A stretch of 30,238 nucleotides of DNA from Candidatus Zixiibacteriota bacterium (GTDB lineage Bacteria > Zixibacteria > MSB-5A5 > UBA10806 > 4484-95). Shown piece after piece: positions 1 to 8,843 of the stretch (positions are counted from its first letter, which is position 1; every line of letters begins with the position of its first letter). The notes below the pieces were generated by a model. That model was given only the letters and a program-made list of their open reading frames with translations, was not told the DNA's origin and did not search any database. Location of the stretch: NCBI GenBank assembly GCA_029932605.1, contig JAOZPT010000006.1:38284-68521 (forward strand). The letters run 5' to 3'. Both the position numbers and the translations under genes were made by a program.

Positions 1-21
1 TTAAGGAAAGGAGTAGATGTT

Positions 22-333
22 ATGGATGTTGTCAAAAAATTGATGTTGGCTGCCATAGGTGCGGTTAACCTTTCTAAAGAGAGGGTGGAGGAGATATTAG
101 ATGAGCTAGTGAAAAAGGGGGAGATGACATCAGGTGAAAAAGCTGAGGCTTTAAGAAAAATGGCTGATAAAGTGGAATCATCTACTGAGAAAGTGAAAGA
201 GGCGGTAGAGAAACAGGTTAAAAGCGCCATTGATAAAGTCAATGTTGGTGGCCGTATTGATGAGATTTCCAAAAAGGTTGATGACTTGGCAGCCTCTCTG
301 GAGCAGTTGAAAAAAAAGATTGAAAAGCGTTGA
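22..333 (+). CDS. Phasin-like (PhaF/PhaI-type) helical protein
   Basis: 103 aa. N-terminal KKLMLAAIGAVNLSKERVEEILDELVKKGEMT is typical of phasin-family proteins, with a C-terminal coiled coil. Strong AAGGAG RBS upstream. Adjacent to an ABC1 kinase. Confidence 0.75.
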   Translation: MDVVKKLMLAAIGAVNLSKERVEEILDELVKKGEMTSGEKAEALRKMADKVESSTEKVKEAVEKQVKSAIDKVNVGGRIDEISKKVDDLAASLEQLKKKIEKR

Positions 334-343
334 CACAGAATAT

Positions 344-352
344 TGATATAAT
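344..352 (+). promoter_or_regulatory. Extended -10 sigma70-type element (TGaTATAAT)
   Basis: Exact TGnTATAAT upstream of the ABC1 kinase gene. Confidence 0.4.
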
Positions 353-369
353 TAGTTATATTATCTGAA

Positions 370-396
370 GAAAGTTGGCAATTTGTTTGCCGATAA
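370..396 (+). promoter_or_regulatory. Sigma28-like promoter overlapping a sigma54-like -24/-12 element
   Basis: GAAAGTTG-N11-GCCGATAA versus consensus TAAAGTTT-N11-GCCGATAA. The overlapping TTGGCAATTTGTTTGC has GG (377-378) and GC (389-390) 10 nt apart. Confidence 0.5.
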
Positions 397-468
397 ATAG
401 ACAAGCAGTAAGGCGTTTGATTAAACGTCCGGGAAAAATTTCAATAATTATATTTAAAGTGGGCGCTT

Positions 469-2136
469 TTGGTACTTCCAAGACCAGATAAAGGTATAAA
501 AAGCCTGATGAGATACCGCCAGATTGCGACGGTATTGATCAAGTATGGTTTTGGTGAGCTTGTTTACAGGATGAACCTTGTTTCCCCACTGAAACCCGGC
601 GCCAAGAAAACTAAAGCGGTGGCTCAGAGTACTCCAGTTAGAGTTAGGTTAGCTTTGGAGGAACTTGGGCCTACATTTGTCAAGCTTGGGCAGGTTCTTT
701 CCACCCGGCCGTTTTTGATACCAATGAATTATATTATCGAGCTTTCGAAACTTCAAGACCAGGTTGAACCTATGCCCTGGTCTCTGGCTGTGGATATTTT
801 GTCTGGTGAACTTGGTAAACCAGTTGAAGATTGCTTTTCTGAAATAGACCCAGTGCCGATAGCCTCAGCTTCTTTAGCCCAGGTACATAATGCAACACTT
901 ATGGATGGTACACCGGTGGTTGTTAAAATCCAGCGTGAGGGGATAAAAAAAGTGATAGATTCAGATATGAGAATCCTTTACGATATCGCTGACCTCCTTT
1001 ACAAGAATATTCCGGAAAGCCGTCATTATGACCCTAAAGGTATAGTAGAAGAGTTATCCTATACTACTTTTAAGGAACTCAATTTCTTAAATGAAGCCCG
1101 CAACATGGAGATATTTGCCGAGAATTTCAAAAATGAACCTGTTGTCAAAGTTCCGAAAATCTATTGGGATTACACTACCTTGAAGGTCCTGACAATGGAA
1201 AGAATTAAGGGGATAAAGATCTCCAGGCTCGAGGAGTTGAAGAAAGCAGGTTTTAATACCCAATTAATATGTAAAAACGGCTCCCGGCTAATATTAAAAA
1301 TGATATTTGAAGATGGATTTTTCCATGCCGACCCGCATCCAGGAAATCTTTTTGTATGTGAAGGTGGTGTTATCGCACCGGTTGATTACGGGATGATGGG
1401 GGTTTTATCTGATTCCCAGATGGATGAGCTTGCCGATTTAGTTGTAACAGCCATGTCAAGAGATGCTGGTGCTATTGTCAGGATCTTGCAGAATTCAGGG
1501 ATTGTTCCTGATGATGTAAATACAAGGGCGCTGGAACAGGATATAAACGAGCTGATTGTTAAATACTATCATATGGATCTTTCGCGGATAGAAATGAAAA
1601 CAGCTCTGGATGAGTTTATTACGCTGGTTCAGCGTTATAAGATTAGATTACAGGCCGATTTCATGTTGTTGGGAAAAGCCTTGAGCACTTATGAAGAAGT
1701 TGGCCGTATGCTTTATCCTCAATTTAACTTTTTTGCAGAGATAATTCCCTACGTAAGAAAATTGACCGCCCGTAAATATAAACCGGGAAGATTCTATAAA
1801 GACATCTTGAAGATATTAAATGAATTAAGGTGGTTGTTAGTCGAATCTCCCAGGGAGTGGCGCCAGATAGCCAGTAAATTAAGAAAAGGGGAAATGGCTT
1901 TTCAGTTGCAGCACAAAGGCCTTGAGACTTTAATAAAAGAACTTGACAGCTCGTCCAACCGATTATCGGTATCGCTCTTGGTAGCAGGTTTAATAGTTGG
2001 TTCATCAATGATTATGACGGTGGATAAAGGGTATATGATATTTGACGTACCCCTGTTGGGTCTTATAGGGTATTTGGTTGCAGGTGTCTTAAGTATTTAT
2101 TTGGTAGTATCTATATTGAGGTCTGGCAGGTTATAA
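469..2136 (+). CDS. ABC1/AarF/UbiB-family atypical kinase
   Basis: LGPTFVKLGQ (KxGQ), IASASLAQVH (A-rich loop), VVVKIQR, FFHADPHPGN and DYGM motifs. Two C-terminal TM helices. TTG start uncertain. Confidence 0.92.
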   Translation: MVLPRPDKGIKSLMRYRQIATVLIKYGFGELVYRMNLVSPLKPGAKKTKAVAQSTPVRVRLALEELGPTFVKLGQVLSTRPFLIPMNYIIELSKLQDQVEPMPWSLAVDILSGELGKPVEDCFSEIDPVPIASASLAQVHNATLMDGTPVVVKIQREGIKKVIDSDMRILYDIADLLYKNIPESRHYDPKGIVEELSYTTFKELNFLNEARNMEIFAENFKNEPVVKVPKIYWDYTTLKVLTMERIKGIKISRLEELKKAGFNTQLICKNGSRLILKMIFEDGFFHADPHPGNLFVCEGGVIAPVDYGMMGVLSDSQMDELADLVVTAMSRDAGAIVRILQNSGIVPDDVNTRALEQDINELIVKYYHMDLSRIEMKTALDEFITLVQRYKIRLQADFMLLGKALSTYEEVGRMLYPQFNFFAEIIPYVRKLTARKYKPGRFYKDILKILNELRWLLVESPREWRQIASKLRKGEMAFQLQHKGLETLIKELDSSSNRLSVSLLVAGLIVGSSMIMTVDKGYMIFDVPLLGLIGYLVAGVLSIYLVVSILRSGRL

Positions 2137-2288
2137 CTTAAATAATATAGTTACTTATTCTTAAATTTTTATTGACTCAACAACGATATTCTTGCTTGCA
2201 AAACATCGGATAAAGGCAAACTCTATATTTGCAGTTGGATTACATTATTTCAGAAATCGTAGTTCATTAAAAACGAAAGATAAGTTTG

Positions 2289-2317
2289 TTGACAGATATG
2301 ACATAGTAAAGCATATT
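2289..2317 (+). promoter_or_regulatory. Sigma70-type promoter for rlmD
   Basis: TTGACA (2289-2294), 17 nt spacer, CATATT (2312-2317). Confidence 0.5.
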
Positions 2318-2333
2318 TGTTTTTATTAGAAAT

Positions 2334-3737
2334 GTGCAACAATTAAGCGTTAAAGCCTGTGAATTGAAAAAGAACGACGTTATCAAACTCCAAGTTACAG
2401 ATCTGGCATATGGAGGCAGGGGAGTTGCTGAAGAAGGGGGCAAGGTTGTCTTTGTCGAGAAAGGATTACCAGGCGATATTCTCGATGTGCGCATAAAAAA
2501 GGTTAAACCGGATTATTGTGAAGGTGTAACCGAGAGAATCATTCAACCCTCTCCACATAGATGTGAACCCTTGTGCCAGCATTTCGGCATCTGTGGTGGT
2601 TGCCGGTGGCAAAATTACAATTATAATATGCAATTGAAATTTAAGGCCGATCAGTTAAAGGAGAGTCTTATGCGCATTGGTGGGCTTTCCAACCCGCCGG
2701 TTGAGCCTATCATCGGGGCAAAAAAGATATATTTTTATCGTAACAAGATGGAGTTCTCATTTAATCGAGATAAAAATAACAATAATTTACTGGGTCTACA
2801 CCAAACCGGTTTTTTCGATAGGGTTTTCGACCTCAACAAATGTTATCTGCAATCGGAGTTATCCAACGAAATCGTAAAGTTTGTTAAAGACGAATGCCAT
2901 AGGTTGCATCTTCCGGCATATCATATCCGTAACCACGATGGCCTGATGCGTTTTTTAGTGATAAGAGAAAGCAAATTTGATAGCGGGGTTTTGGTCAACA
3001 TCGTCACCGGCAAGGACTATCATGGATATGAGGACAGTATCGTTGAACTTGGTAAAAACCTCGCAGACAGGTTTAACAGGATAGAAAGTTTGCTCTGGAC
3101 AATTAACAGCAAAAAGGCCAACATTGCCAAATGGGATATGTATCCCGAAAAATTGAAAAATGGTATACTGTATGGACGGGACCATATCTATGAAAAATTG
3201 GGGCGGTATCGTTTTCGGGTTTCTGCAGACAGCTTTTTCCAGACTAACCCATATCAGGCACAGATACTCTATGATACGGTAGTTGATTACGGTCAGCTCT
3301 CCGGACTTGATGATGTTTGTGATTTATATTGCGGGACGGGTACTATATCCGTCTATATTTCTGGATTGGTAAGATCGGTGGTGGGGGTTGAGTCAGTGGC
3401 TCAAGCAGTTTTTGATGCACGGATTAATGCTGAAGAAAATGGTCTTAACAACGTTGATTTTATTGTGGGGAATGTAGAGGATATAATCTTCGAATTAAGG
3501 AAGTTTAATAAGGTTATTCTTGATCCGCCGCGAGCAGGGTTACATCCTAAGGCATTAGAAAAAATCGTTGAAATATCACCTGAGATTGTTGTATATGTTT
3601 CGTGCAACCCAACGACTTTAGCCCGTGATATTGCCGGTTTTATTCAAAATGGGTATAACCTTCAAAGAGCAGTGGCGGTTGATATGTTTCCACACACTTA
3701 TCATATAGAGTCAGTGGTCAAATTGGTACACAGATAA
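2334..3737 (+). CDS. rlmD: 23S rRNA (uracil-C5) methyltransferase RlmD/RumA family
   Basis: N-terminal TRAM domain, CQHFGICGGC Fe-S motif, YRNKMEF, SFFQTN, DLYCGTG, DPPRAGL, YVSCNP, DMFPHTYHIE. True start may be a few codons downstream. Confidence 0.92.
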   Translation: MQQLSVKACELKKNDVIKLQVTDLAYGGRGVAEEGGKVVFVEKGLPGDILDVRIKKVKPDYCEGVTERIIQPSPHRCEPLCQHFGICGGCRWQNYNYNMQLKFKADQLKESLMRIGGLSNPPVEPIIGAKKIYFYRNKMEFSFNRDKNNNNLLGLHQTGFFDRVFDLNKCYLQSELSNEIVKFVKDECHRLHLPAYHIRNHDGLMRFLVIRESKFDSGVLVNIVTGKDYHGYEDSIVELGKNLADRFNRIESLLWTINSKKANIAKWDMYPEKLKNGILYGRDHIYEKLGRYRFRVSADSFFQTNPYQAQILYDTVVDYGQLSGLDDVCDLYCGTGTISVYISGLVRSVVGVESVAQAVFDARINAEENGLNNVDFIVGNVEDIIFELRKFNKVILDPPRAGLHPKALEKIVEISPEIVVYVSCNPTTLARDIAGFIQNGYNLQRAVAVDMFPHTYHIESVVKLVHR

Positions 3738-3767
3738 AATATCTGTATCTTTTAGCGGGAGGTAATC

Positions 3768-5450
3768 ATGTTTAAAAAATTATTTATAATTCTGGTGATG
3801 GCTAGTTCAGTATATGCTGGTTTGTCTGAAGATATTAGGAGATTAGGTGATGAATATATTGCTTTAAAAAGCAGGTTCTACCCTGTTTGGGCAACAAATA
3901 TGGGAATACATGATTATGACTCATTACTGACAAACTACAGTGGGGATAACGTTTTTAACTACAGGAATGAAATATTGGAGATAAAGCTGAAATTGCAGGA
4001 ACTTGATACAACGAGATTGAAAATCGATGATTATATTGACTATCAGCTTCTTTTGTCCGATATCGATTATGATAATTTTATACTGGGTAAATATCCATAT
4101 TATGAACATTCTCCAGCGCTCCACGTTGAGGAGGCTTTAAACTCCATATATTACTTGATGATAAATCAATCTATGTCTTTTAAGCAGAAAGCACCATTTA
4201 TAATGGCCAGATTGAAAGCTATTCCAACGTTCCTACACCGTGGATTCAGTTATCTTTACCAACCAGTGGATATATTTTATGATACGGCTATAGAAACAGC
4301 TACTGAGGGTGAAACCCTTATCGATGAAGTAACACAGGAACTTTTAAAAATTTATCCGGAGAGAAGCAAGGCAATTGAGCAGTTGAATGTTGTAGTTAAA
4401 AAGAGCTTGAAAAATTATGTGAGATATTGTGAAAGTAAGAAAGAATATGCCTCTGGAACATATGCGATTGGTAAGGATAACCTTAATTTTTTATTGAAAA
4501 GAGTACATTTCATCGACATCGATTCTGATTCGTTAAAAAAGATTGGCCGGTATTGGTATAATGTAGCTAACTCTGCAATGGATTCTCTTCAGCGAATCAT
4601 TGATTCAAAACCAAAGGGGAAAATTAAAAAGCATGCTCCTGCTGATTTTTCTAAAGAGGACATTATGGAATATTATCAGTGGGAGATAAACGAGACGGCT
4701 GATTTTTTCAAAGAAAAGGATGTCGTTACTATTCCTGAAGATATCGGTTCCTGCCTTCCGGTTGAGATGCCGCAATTTATGCGGGCAACTCATCGAGGTA
4801 TTGCCTATCAACCACCGGCACCCTTTGATATTGACCAGACTGGTTATTTCTATGTCCGCCCGATACCACCGCTGGATTCGATTCTAAAAGATGAATATTA
4901 CGATTATATTCAGAACCGGGGTTTTAAAGGTTCGGTCGTTCACGAGGCGTATCCTGGTCATCATCTTCAACTTAGCTTAGCAAACAGACATCCATCCCGC
5001 ATTCGGCGCCTTCAGCAGGATATGGTTATGGCTGAGGGGTGGGCGCTATATTGCGAGCAGATGGCTACTGAACAGGGATTATTTGATGAAGATGACATTG
5101 ACCGTCGCTGGTATGCTGTGTACGGCGGTATCCGTTTCCGGGCGATAAGAGTAATTGTCGATTGTTCGTTGGCTGATGGCACTATGACCCCTGATTCAGC
5201 ATTGGTATTTATGAATAATATGCTTGGAGAAAACACTGATTATTTTACCGCTGAGATTCGCCGATACTGCGCTAATCCAACGACAGCTTTATGCTATTTA
5301 ACAGGGAAGTTGATTATTTTAGATATGTTGAACAAAGCTCGCAGGATTGAAAGCAACTCTTTTTCTTTAAGAAGGTTTCATGACCGTCTCTTGGCCGAGG
5401 GCACAATTTCACCTAATTTAATAGCCTTAAAACTTGGTTATAAAGAATAA
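3768..5450 (+). CDS. DUF885-family exported protein (putative metallopeptidase)
   Basis: Signal peptide MFKKLFIILVMASSVYA. HEAYPGHHLQ, EGWALYCE and FHDRLLAEG motifs. GGAGG RBS. Confidence 0.85.
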   Translation: MFKKLFIILVMASSVYAGLSEDIRRLGDEYIALKSRFYPVWATNMGIHDYDSLLTNYSGDNVFNYRNEILEIKLKLQELDTTRLKIDDYIDYQLLLSDIDYDNFILGKYPYYEHSPALHVEEALNSIYYLMINQSMSFKQKAPFIMARLKAIPTFLHRGFSYLYQPVDIFYDTAIETATEGETLIDEVTQELLKIYPERSKAIEQLNVVVKKSLKNYVRYCESKKEYASGTYAIGKDNLNFLLKRVHFIDIDSDSLKKIGRYWYNVANSAMDSLQRIIDSKPKGKIKKHAPADFSKEDIMEYYQWEINETADFFKEKDVVTIPEDIGSCLPVEMPQFMRATHRGIAYQPPAPFDIDQTGYFYVRPIPPLDSILKDEYYDYIQNRGFKGSVVHEAYPGHHLQLSLANRHPSRIRRLQQDMVMAEGWALYCEQMATEQGLFDEDDIDRRWYAVYGGIRFRAIRVIVDCSLADGTMTPDSALVFMNNMLGENTDYFTAEIRRYCANPTTALCYLTGKLIILDMLNKARRIESNSFSLRRFHDRLLAEGTISPNLIALKLGYKE

Positions 5451-5474
5451 ATAAGTCCCATTTATTGCCGATAA
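5448..5474 (+). promoter_or_regulatory. Sigma28 (FliA/SigD/WhiG)-type promoter
   Basis: Exact TAAA (5448-5451)-N15-GCCGATAA (5467-5474), 19 nt before the ATG at 5494. Confidence 0.65.
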
Positions 5475-5493
5475 TTTTATAAGGTTAGTGTAT

Positions 5494-6600
5494 ATGAAGA
5501 TAATTCATACATCCGATATTCATTTAGGTAAAAAGTTTATCGGGCTCAAACTTGCCGGTGATGGATTAAGAGCGGGTTTGAAGGCGTCATTATCAAGGAT
5601 CGTAGATTACACCCTTGAGCAGAAGGCTGATTTGCTCTTAATTGCCGGCAATCTTTTCGATACACTCGAAGTTTCTAAAAATCTTCAAGATTTTGTTGCC
5701 AACGAATTGGCTAGGCTAAAGGAAATTCCTGCAATTATCCTTCCCGGACAGCACGATTATAATGCCGGTGGCTCTTTCTGGAAAAGTTGGGAGGGCTATC
5801 ATTCACAAGGCAATATATTTGTTTTCAATGGAGAGAAAACATATTACAAATTCGATAAGTTAGATTGCACCGTATATGGATTTCCATATTCAACCGAGGG
5901 TAAGCGTAAAAAGTACTTTATGGAGCCTAATAAAAAGCAGGAAACCAAATTCCATATAGCAATGGTTTGCATAGGGCCTGATGACTTTAACAATCAAGTT
6001 AGGGAAGATAATCCTGATAAGCCCCCAATTGAGGGATTCGATTATGTAGCTATGGGAGGTCAACCTGTATTTATGGATTTATCTTTTCCTGGTTTCAGAG
6101 CGGCCTATAGCGGAGCCCCCGAGCAACTTGATTTCAACCAGAAAGAGGCTGGTTGTATAGCCAGGATCGAGATTGATGAGTCGAATGAAGTCAGGATAGA
6201 AAAAGTTCCTTTCGGTAAGTTTATCTGGCGCACTGAGGAGCTGAAGGCGAAAGATGTTTTAAACAATGATGACCTGATAAGTAAAATTAGGGAGATGGCA
6301 GGTCCTGATTCACTTCTGCGGCTCAAATTTTCTGGACTGGCTTTGTTCGAAGCGGAGGTTGAACCTGAACATGTTCAGAAGTTGATGGAGAAAGAATTTT
6401 TATATCTGGATATTGTTGATGAGATGACGGTACTTCCCGAGAATGTTTTCGAGGTTAAAGTTTCCGAGAAAACGCTTCTTGGGCAGTATATCAAGGTGAT
6501 GGCGGAACAGCTTAGCCGAGCAGACAACAATATAAAGCCGCATCTTGAAAAATCATTAAAAATTGGTTACGCTCTCCTTCAGGGACGGGAGTTGTGGTAA
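5494..6600 (+). CDS. SbcD/Mre11/YhaO-like metallophosphoesterase-fold protein with degenerate active site
   Basis: MKIIHTSDIHLG start, YSGAPEQLDF motif and C-terminal capping domain. Motifs II-V are altered (GNLFD, GQHD, MVCIG, MGGQP). Start placed at ATG 5494 rather than GTG 5488. Confidence 0.85.
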   Translation: MKIIHTSDIHLGKKFIGLKLAGDGLRAGLKASLSRIVDYTLEQKADLLLIAGNLFDTLEVSKNLQDFVANELARLKEIPAIILPGQHDYNAGGSFWKSWEGYHSQGNIFVFNGEKTYYKFDKLDCTVYGFPYSTEGKRKKYFMEPNKKQETKFHIAMVCIGPDDFNNQVREDNPDKPPIEGFDYVAMGGQPVFMDLSFPGFRAAYSGAPEQLDFNQKEAGCIARIEIDESNEVRIEKVPFGKFIWRTEELKAKDVLNNDDLISKIREMAGPDSLLRLKFSGLALFEAEVEPEHVQKLMEKEFLYLDIVDEMTVLPENVFEVKVSEKTLLGQYIKVMAEQLSRADNNIKPHLEKSLKIGYALLQGRELW

Positions 6601-6601
6601 A

Positions 6602-8707
6602 ATGAACCTTACCAGCCTGGTTATTGAAAATTTCGGAAAATTTAAGAGTTTTGAATGTGATTTCACTCCCGGTTTGAATCTTATTAAGGGGGCAAATGAA
6701 ACCGGGAAGTCGACATTGGTCTCAGCCATAGCCATGGCATTATATGGTGAACCGGGGTTTGCACAAGAAGATATCGACAAATCAAAGACCTGGGGAACCG
6801 ATATACCGTTTGTGCTTAAGGCCAGTATTTCTTCCGATGATTTCACTGGAGTTTTAGAAAAGGATTTTAGTTCGGGTCAGACAAAGCTTATAAACCAGGA
6901 ACAAAGCATCTCGGAAAATGATAAAGATAGGATTTTAAAGGTTATAACCGGAGCGATTGGACTACCTACGGCAGAGCTTTTCCGGGCTACCGCATGTATC
7001 GAGCAGGGGGAGATAACTAAAATCGGTGATTCTTTGGAGGCAATAAGAGATAAACTTGAAACGCTTGTCACCGGTGGGCATGAGGATTTGGTTGCATCTG
7101 AAGTAATTGCCAAAATAGATCGTCGCATAGAAGATATAACCCGCAAAGATAAACTCAGAGCAGGATTATTACAAAAACTTGAAGAACAGCAGGCGGATAT
7201 TGATTATAACATTGATAAGTTGGAACGTGAAATTAACAATATAAAATCGTGGAGAAATTCTCTTGCCCAGATCGAGATCGCTTTTGTTAACAGCAGAGAG
7301 GATTATAAAAGCAAAAAACAACAGTTAGAAATTGCCAAAAAAGTTGAAGAAGCACGTTTGGAAATAGAACGGGTTACCCAACAGAATAAAGATATTTCTA
7401 AAAAACTGGAAGAGATAGAAAGCTCTGGCGCGAAAGTCGAGGAACTAAAAAGGGAAATAAATCAGGTTGTTGATATATCAACTGGGGACCGCCAGCAGAT
7501 TGAGGAAACATCGTCTGCATTAAATTATCTCCGACCCAAATTAAGAGACCTGGAGAAAGATGTTGAGGAGGCTAATGAGGAGCTTGACAGTTATAAGTTA
7601 AGCGGTGGTCTTATTGGCTGGATGATTTTATCAGTGGTGTTATTCGGATTTTCAATTGTCGACTATTTGGTGCATTTTACCGGATTCTATTTTCACCTGG
7701 GTGGTTTTGGTTTGATATCGTTTATGTTATCGGCAATGGTTCTGTTGAAAGCTAACCAGAAAAGGGTATTTTTCAAGGAGCAATTGAATATAAAGGGGCA
7801 GAAGAAAAAAGAGGTTGAAAAGGAAATAGAGCAACGGTCTGAAGAGTTGAAAAAACTTCTGGGTAGATACAATATCAGCTCTATTGACCAGATGCATCAG
7901 TCTATCTGGAAACGGAATGAACTGGAAAAACTGCTCAAATCGGAAACTGAACGTTACCAAAGCCTTCTTGATGGTCAGACTGAGGAGCAATTTAAGCAAA
8001 AGTTTAAGGACCTTGAGCGAAAAATAAATAAGAATAAAGCTTTCCTTGAGAAGTGTGCAGGCCAGGTGATTGATACGGCTGAAGTTGAAAGGTTAGAACT
8101 TATTGTGGCTCAGCTTGAGGAGCAAAATAATAACCTAAAAAGTGAAATAAAATCATTAAACCACCAGATAGATACTGCAGAGGGGGGAGTTGAACTTTTA
8201 GCAAGCTATCTTGAGCGCAAGGAAGAAGCTCGAGCAAAAAAAATTAAATTGGTTGAGGAGCTTTCGGTATTAAGCCTTACTAAAAGATGTATCGAGAAAG
8301 CCCGTCAGAATGTGATGATATCCACTCTGGAACTTCTTGAAAGAAGAACCTCTGAAATTTTGGAGATGATAACCGGCGGTAAATATAAAAAGGTCCGTTT
8401 CGACAAATCGACACTGAGATTTGAGGTTTTTGTCGATGATAAAAGGGGTTGGGTCGACCCTCTTAAGGAACTTTCGCGAGGAACGATAGAACAGATATAT
8501 TTAACGGCTCGCCTGGCTTTAACTGAAATTTTGTCTGATAAAGCCCAACCACCAATTATCCTCGATGACCCGTTTAATAATCTTGATGCACAAAGACTTG
8601 AAAACACGATGAAGATGCTTAAACAGATGTCGGAGAACCGTCAGATACTTCTTTTAACATCTGATGATAGCATGGACAGCTGGGCTGATAACATAATCCA
8701 ACTGTAA
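6602..8707 (+). CDS. SbcC/Rad50/YhaN-like SMC-family ATPase with central transmembrane hairpin
   Basis: IENFGKF, Walker A GANETGKST, Q-loop IEQGEI, long coiled coils, signature LSRGT, Walker B/D-loop IILDDPFNNLD. ATG lies 1 nt after the upstream stop. Confidence 0.88.
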   Translation: MNLTSLVIENFGKFKSFECDFTPGLNLIKGANETGKSTLVSAIAMALYGEPGFAQEDIDKSKTWGTDIPFVLKASISSDDFTGVLEKDFSSGQTKLINQEQSISENDKDRILKVITGAIGLPTAELFRATACIEQGEITKIGDSLEAIRDKLETLVTGGHEDLVASEVIAKIDRRIEDITRKDKLRAGLLQKLEEQQADIDYNIDKLEREINNIKSWRNSLAQIEIAFVNSREDYKSKKQQLEIAKKVEEARLEIERVTQQNKDISKKLEEIESSGAKVEELKREINQVVDISTGDRQQIEETSSALNYLRPKLRDLEKDVEEANEELDSYKLSGGLIGWMILSVVLFGFSIVDYLVHFTGFYFHLGGFGLISFMLSAMVLLKANQKRVFFKEQLNIKGQKKKEVEKEIEQRSEELKKLLGRYNISSIDQMHQSIWKRNELEKLLKSETERYQSLLDGQTEEQFKQKFKDLERKINKNKAFLEKCAGQVIDTAEVERLELIVAQLEEQNNNLKSEIKSLNHQIDTAEGGVELLASYLERKEEARAKKIKLVEELSVLSLTKRCIEKARQNVMISTLELLERRTSEILEMITGGKYKKVRFDKSTLRFEVFVDDKRGWVDPLKELSRGTIEQIYLTARLALTEILSDKAQPPIILDDPFNNLDAQRLENTMKMLKQMSENRQILLLTSDDSMDSWADNIIQL

Positions 8708-8764
8708 TCAATATTTGTAGAACAATCATAAACCTTATGTAGGTCGCCTGCAGTATATTCAACG

Positions 8765-8798
8765 GGTAAATGGGTATTTTTTTATTTACCTGGTTTTT
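8765..8798 (+). terminator. Possible intrinsic terminator after the SMC-like gene
   Basis: GGTAAAT (8765-8771)/ATTTACC (8784-8790) stem followed by TGGTTTTT. The stem is AT-rich and weak. Confidence 0.35.
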
Positions 8799-8806
8799 AA
8801 CATTTC

Positions 8807-8837
8807 TTGACTGCTGTTGAGATATTTATAATATAAT
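8807..8837 (+). promoter_or_regulatory. Sigma70-type promoter for MATE gene
   Basis: TTGACT at 8807-8812 and two overlapping TATAAT (8827-8832, 8832-8837). Spacing is non-optimal (14 or 19 nt). Confidence 0.45.
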
Positions 8838-8843
8838 TATTTT

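Noticed and set aside
6563..6601. N-terminal extension of the SMC-like ORF overlapping the SbcD-like gene
   Set aside because: ATG 6602 gives a typical family start (MNLTSLVIENFGKF) immediately after the upstream stop.
5494..8707. Assignment to a known SMC-based defence system (Wadjet, Lamassu) or to a pseudogene
   Set aside because: No kleisin/KITE, JetD or effector partners are present and the neighbourhood is housekeeping. Both ORFs are full length with no stops or frameshifts.
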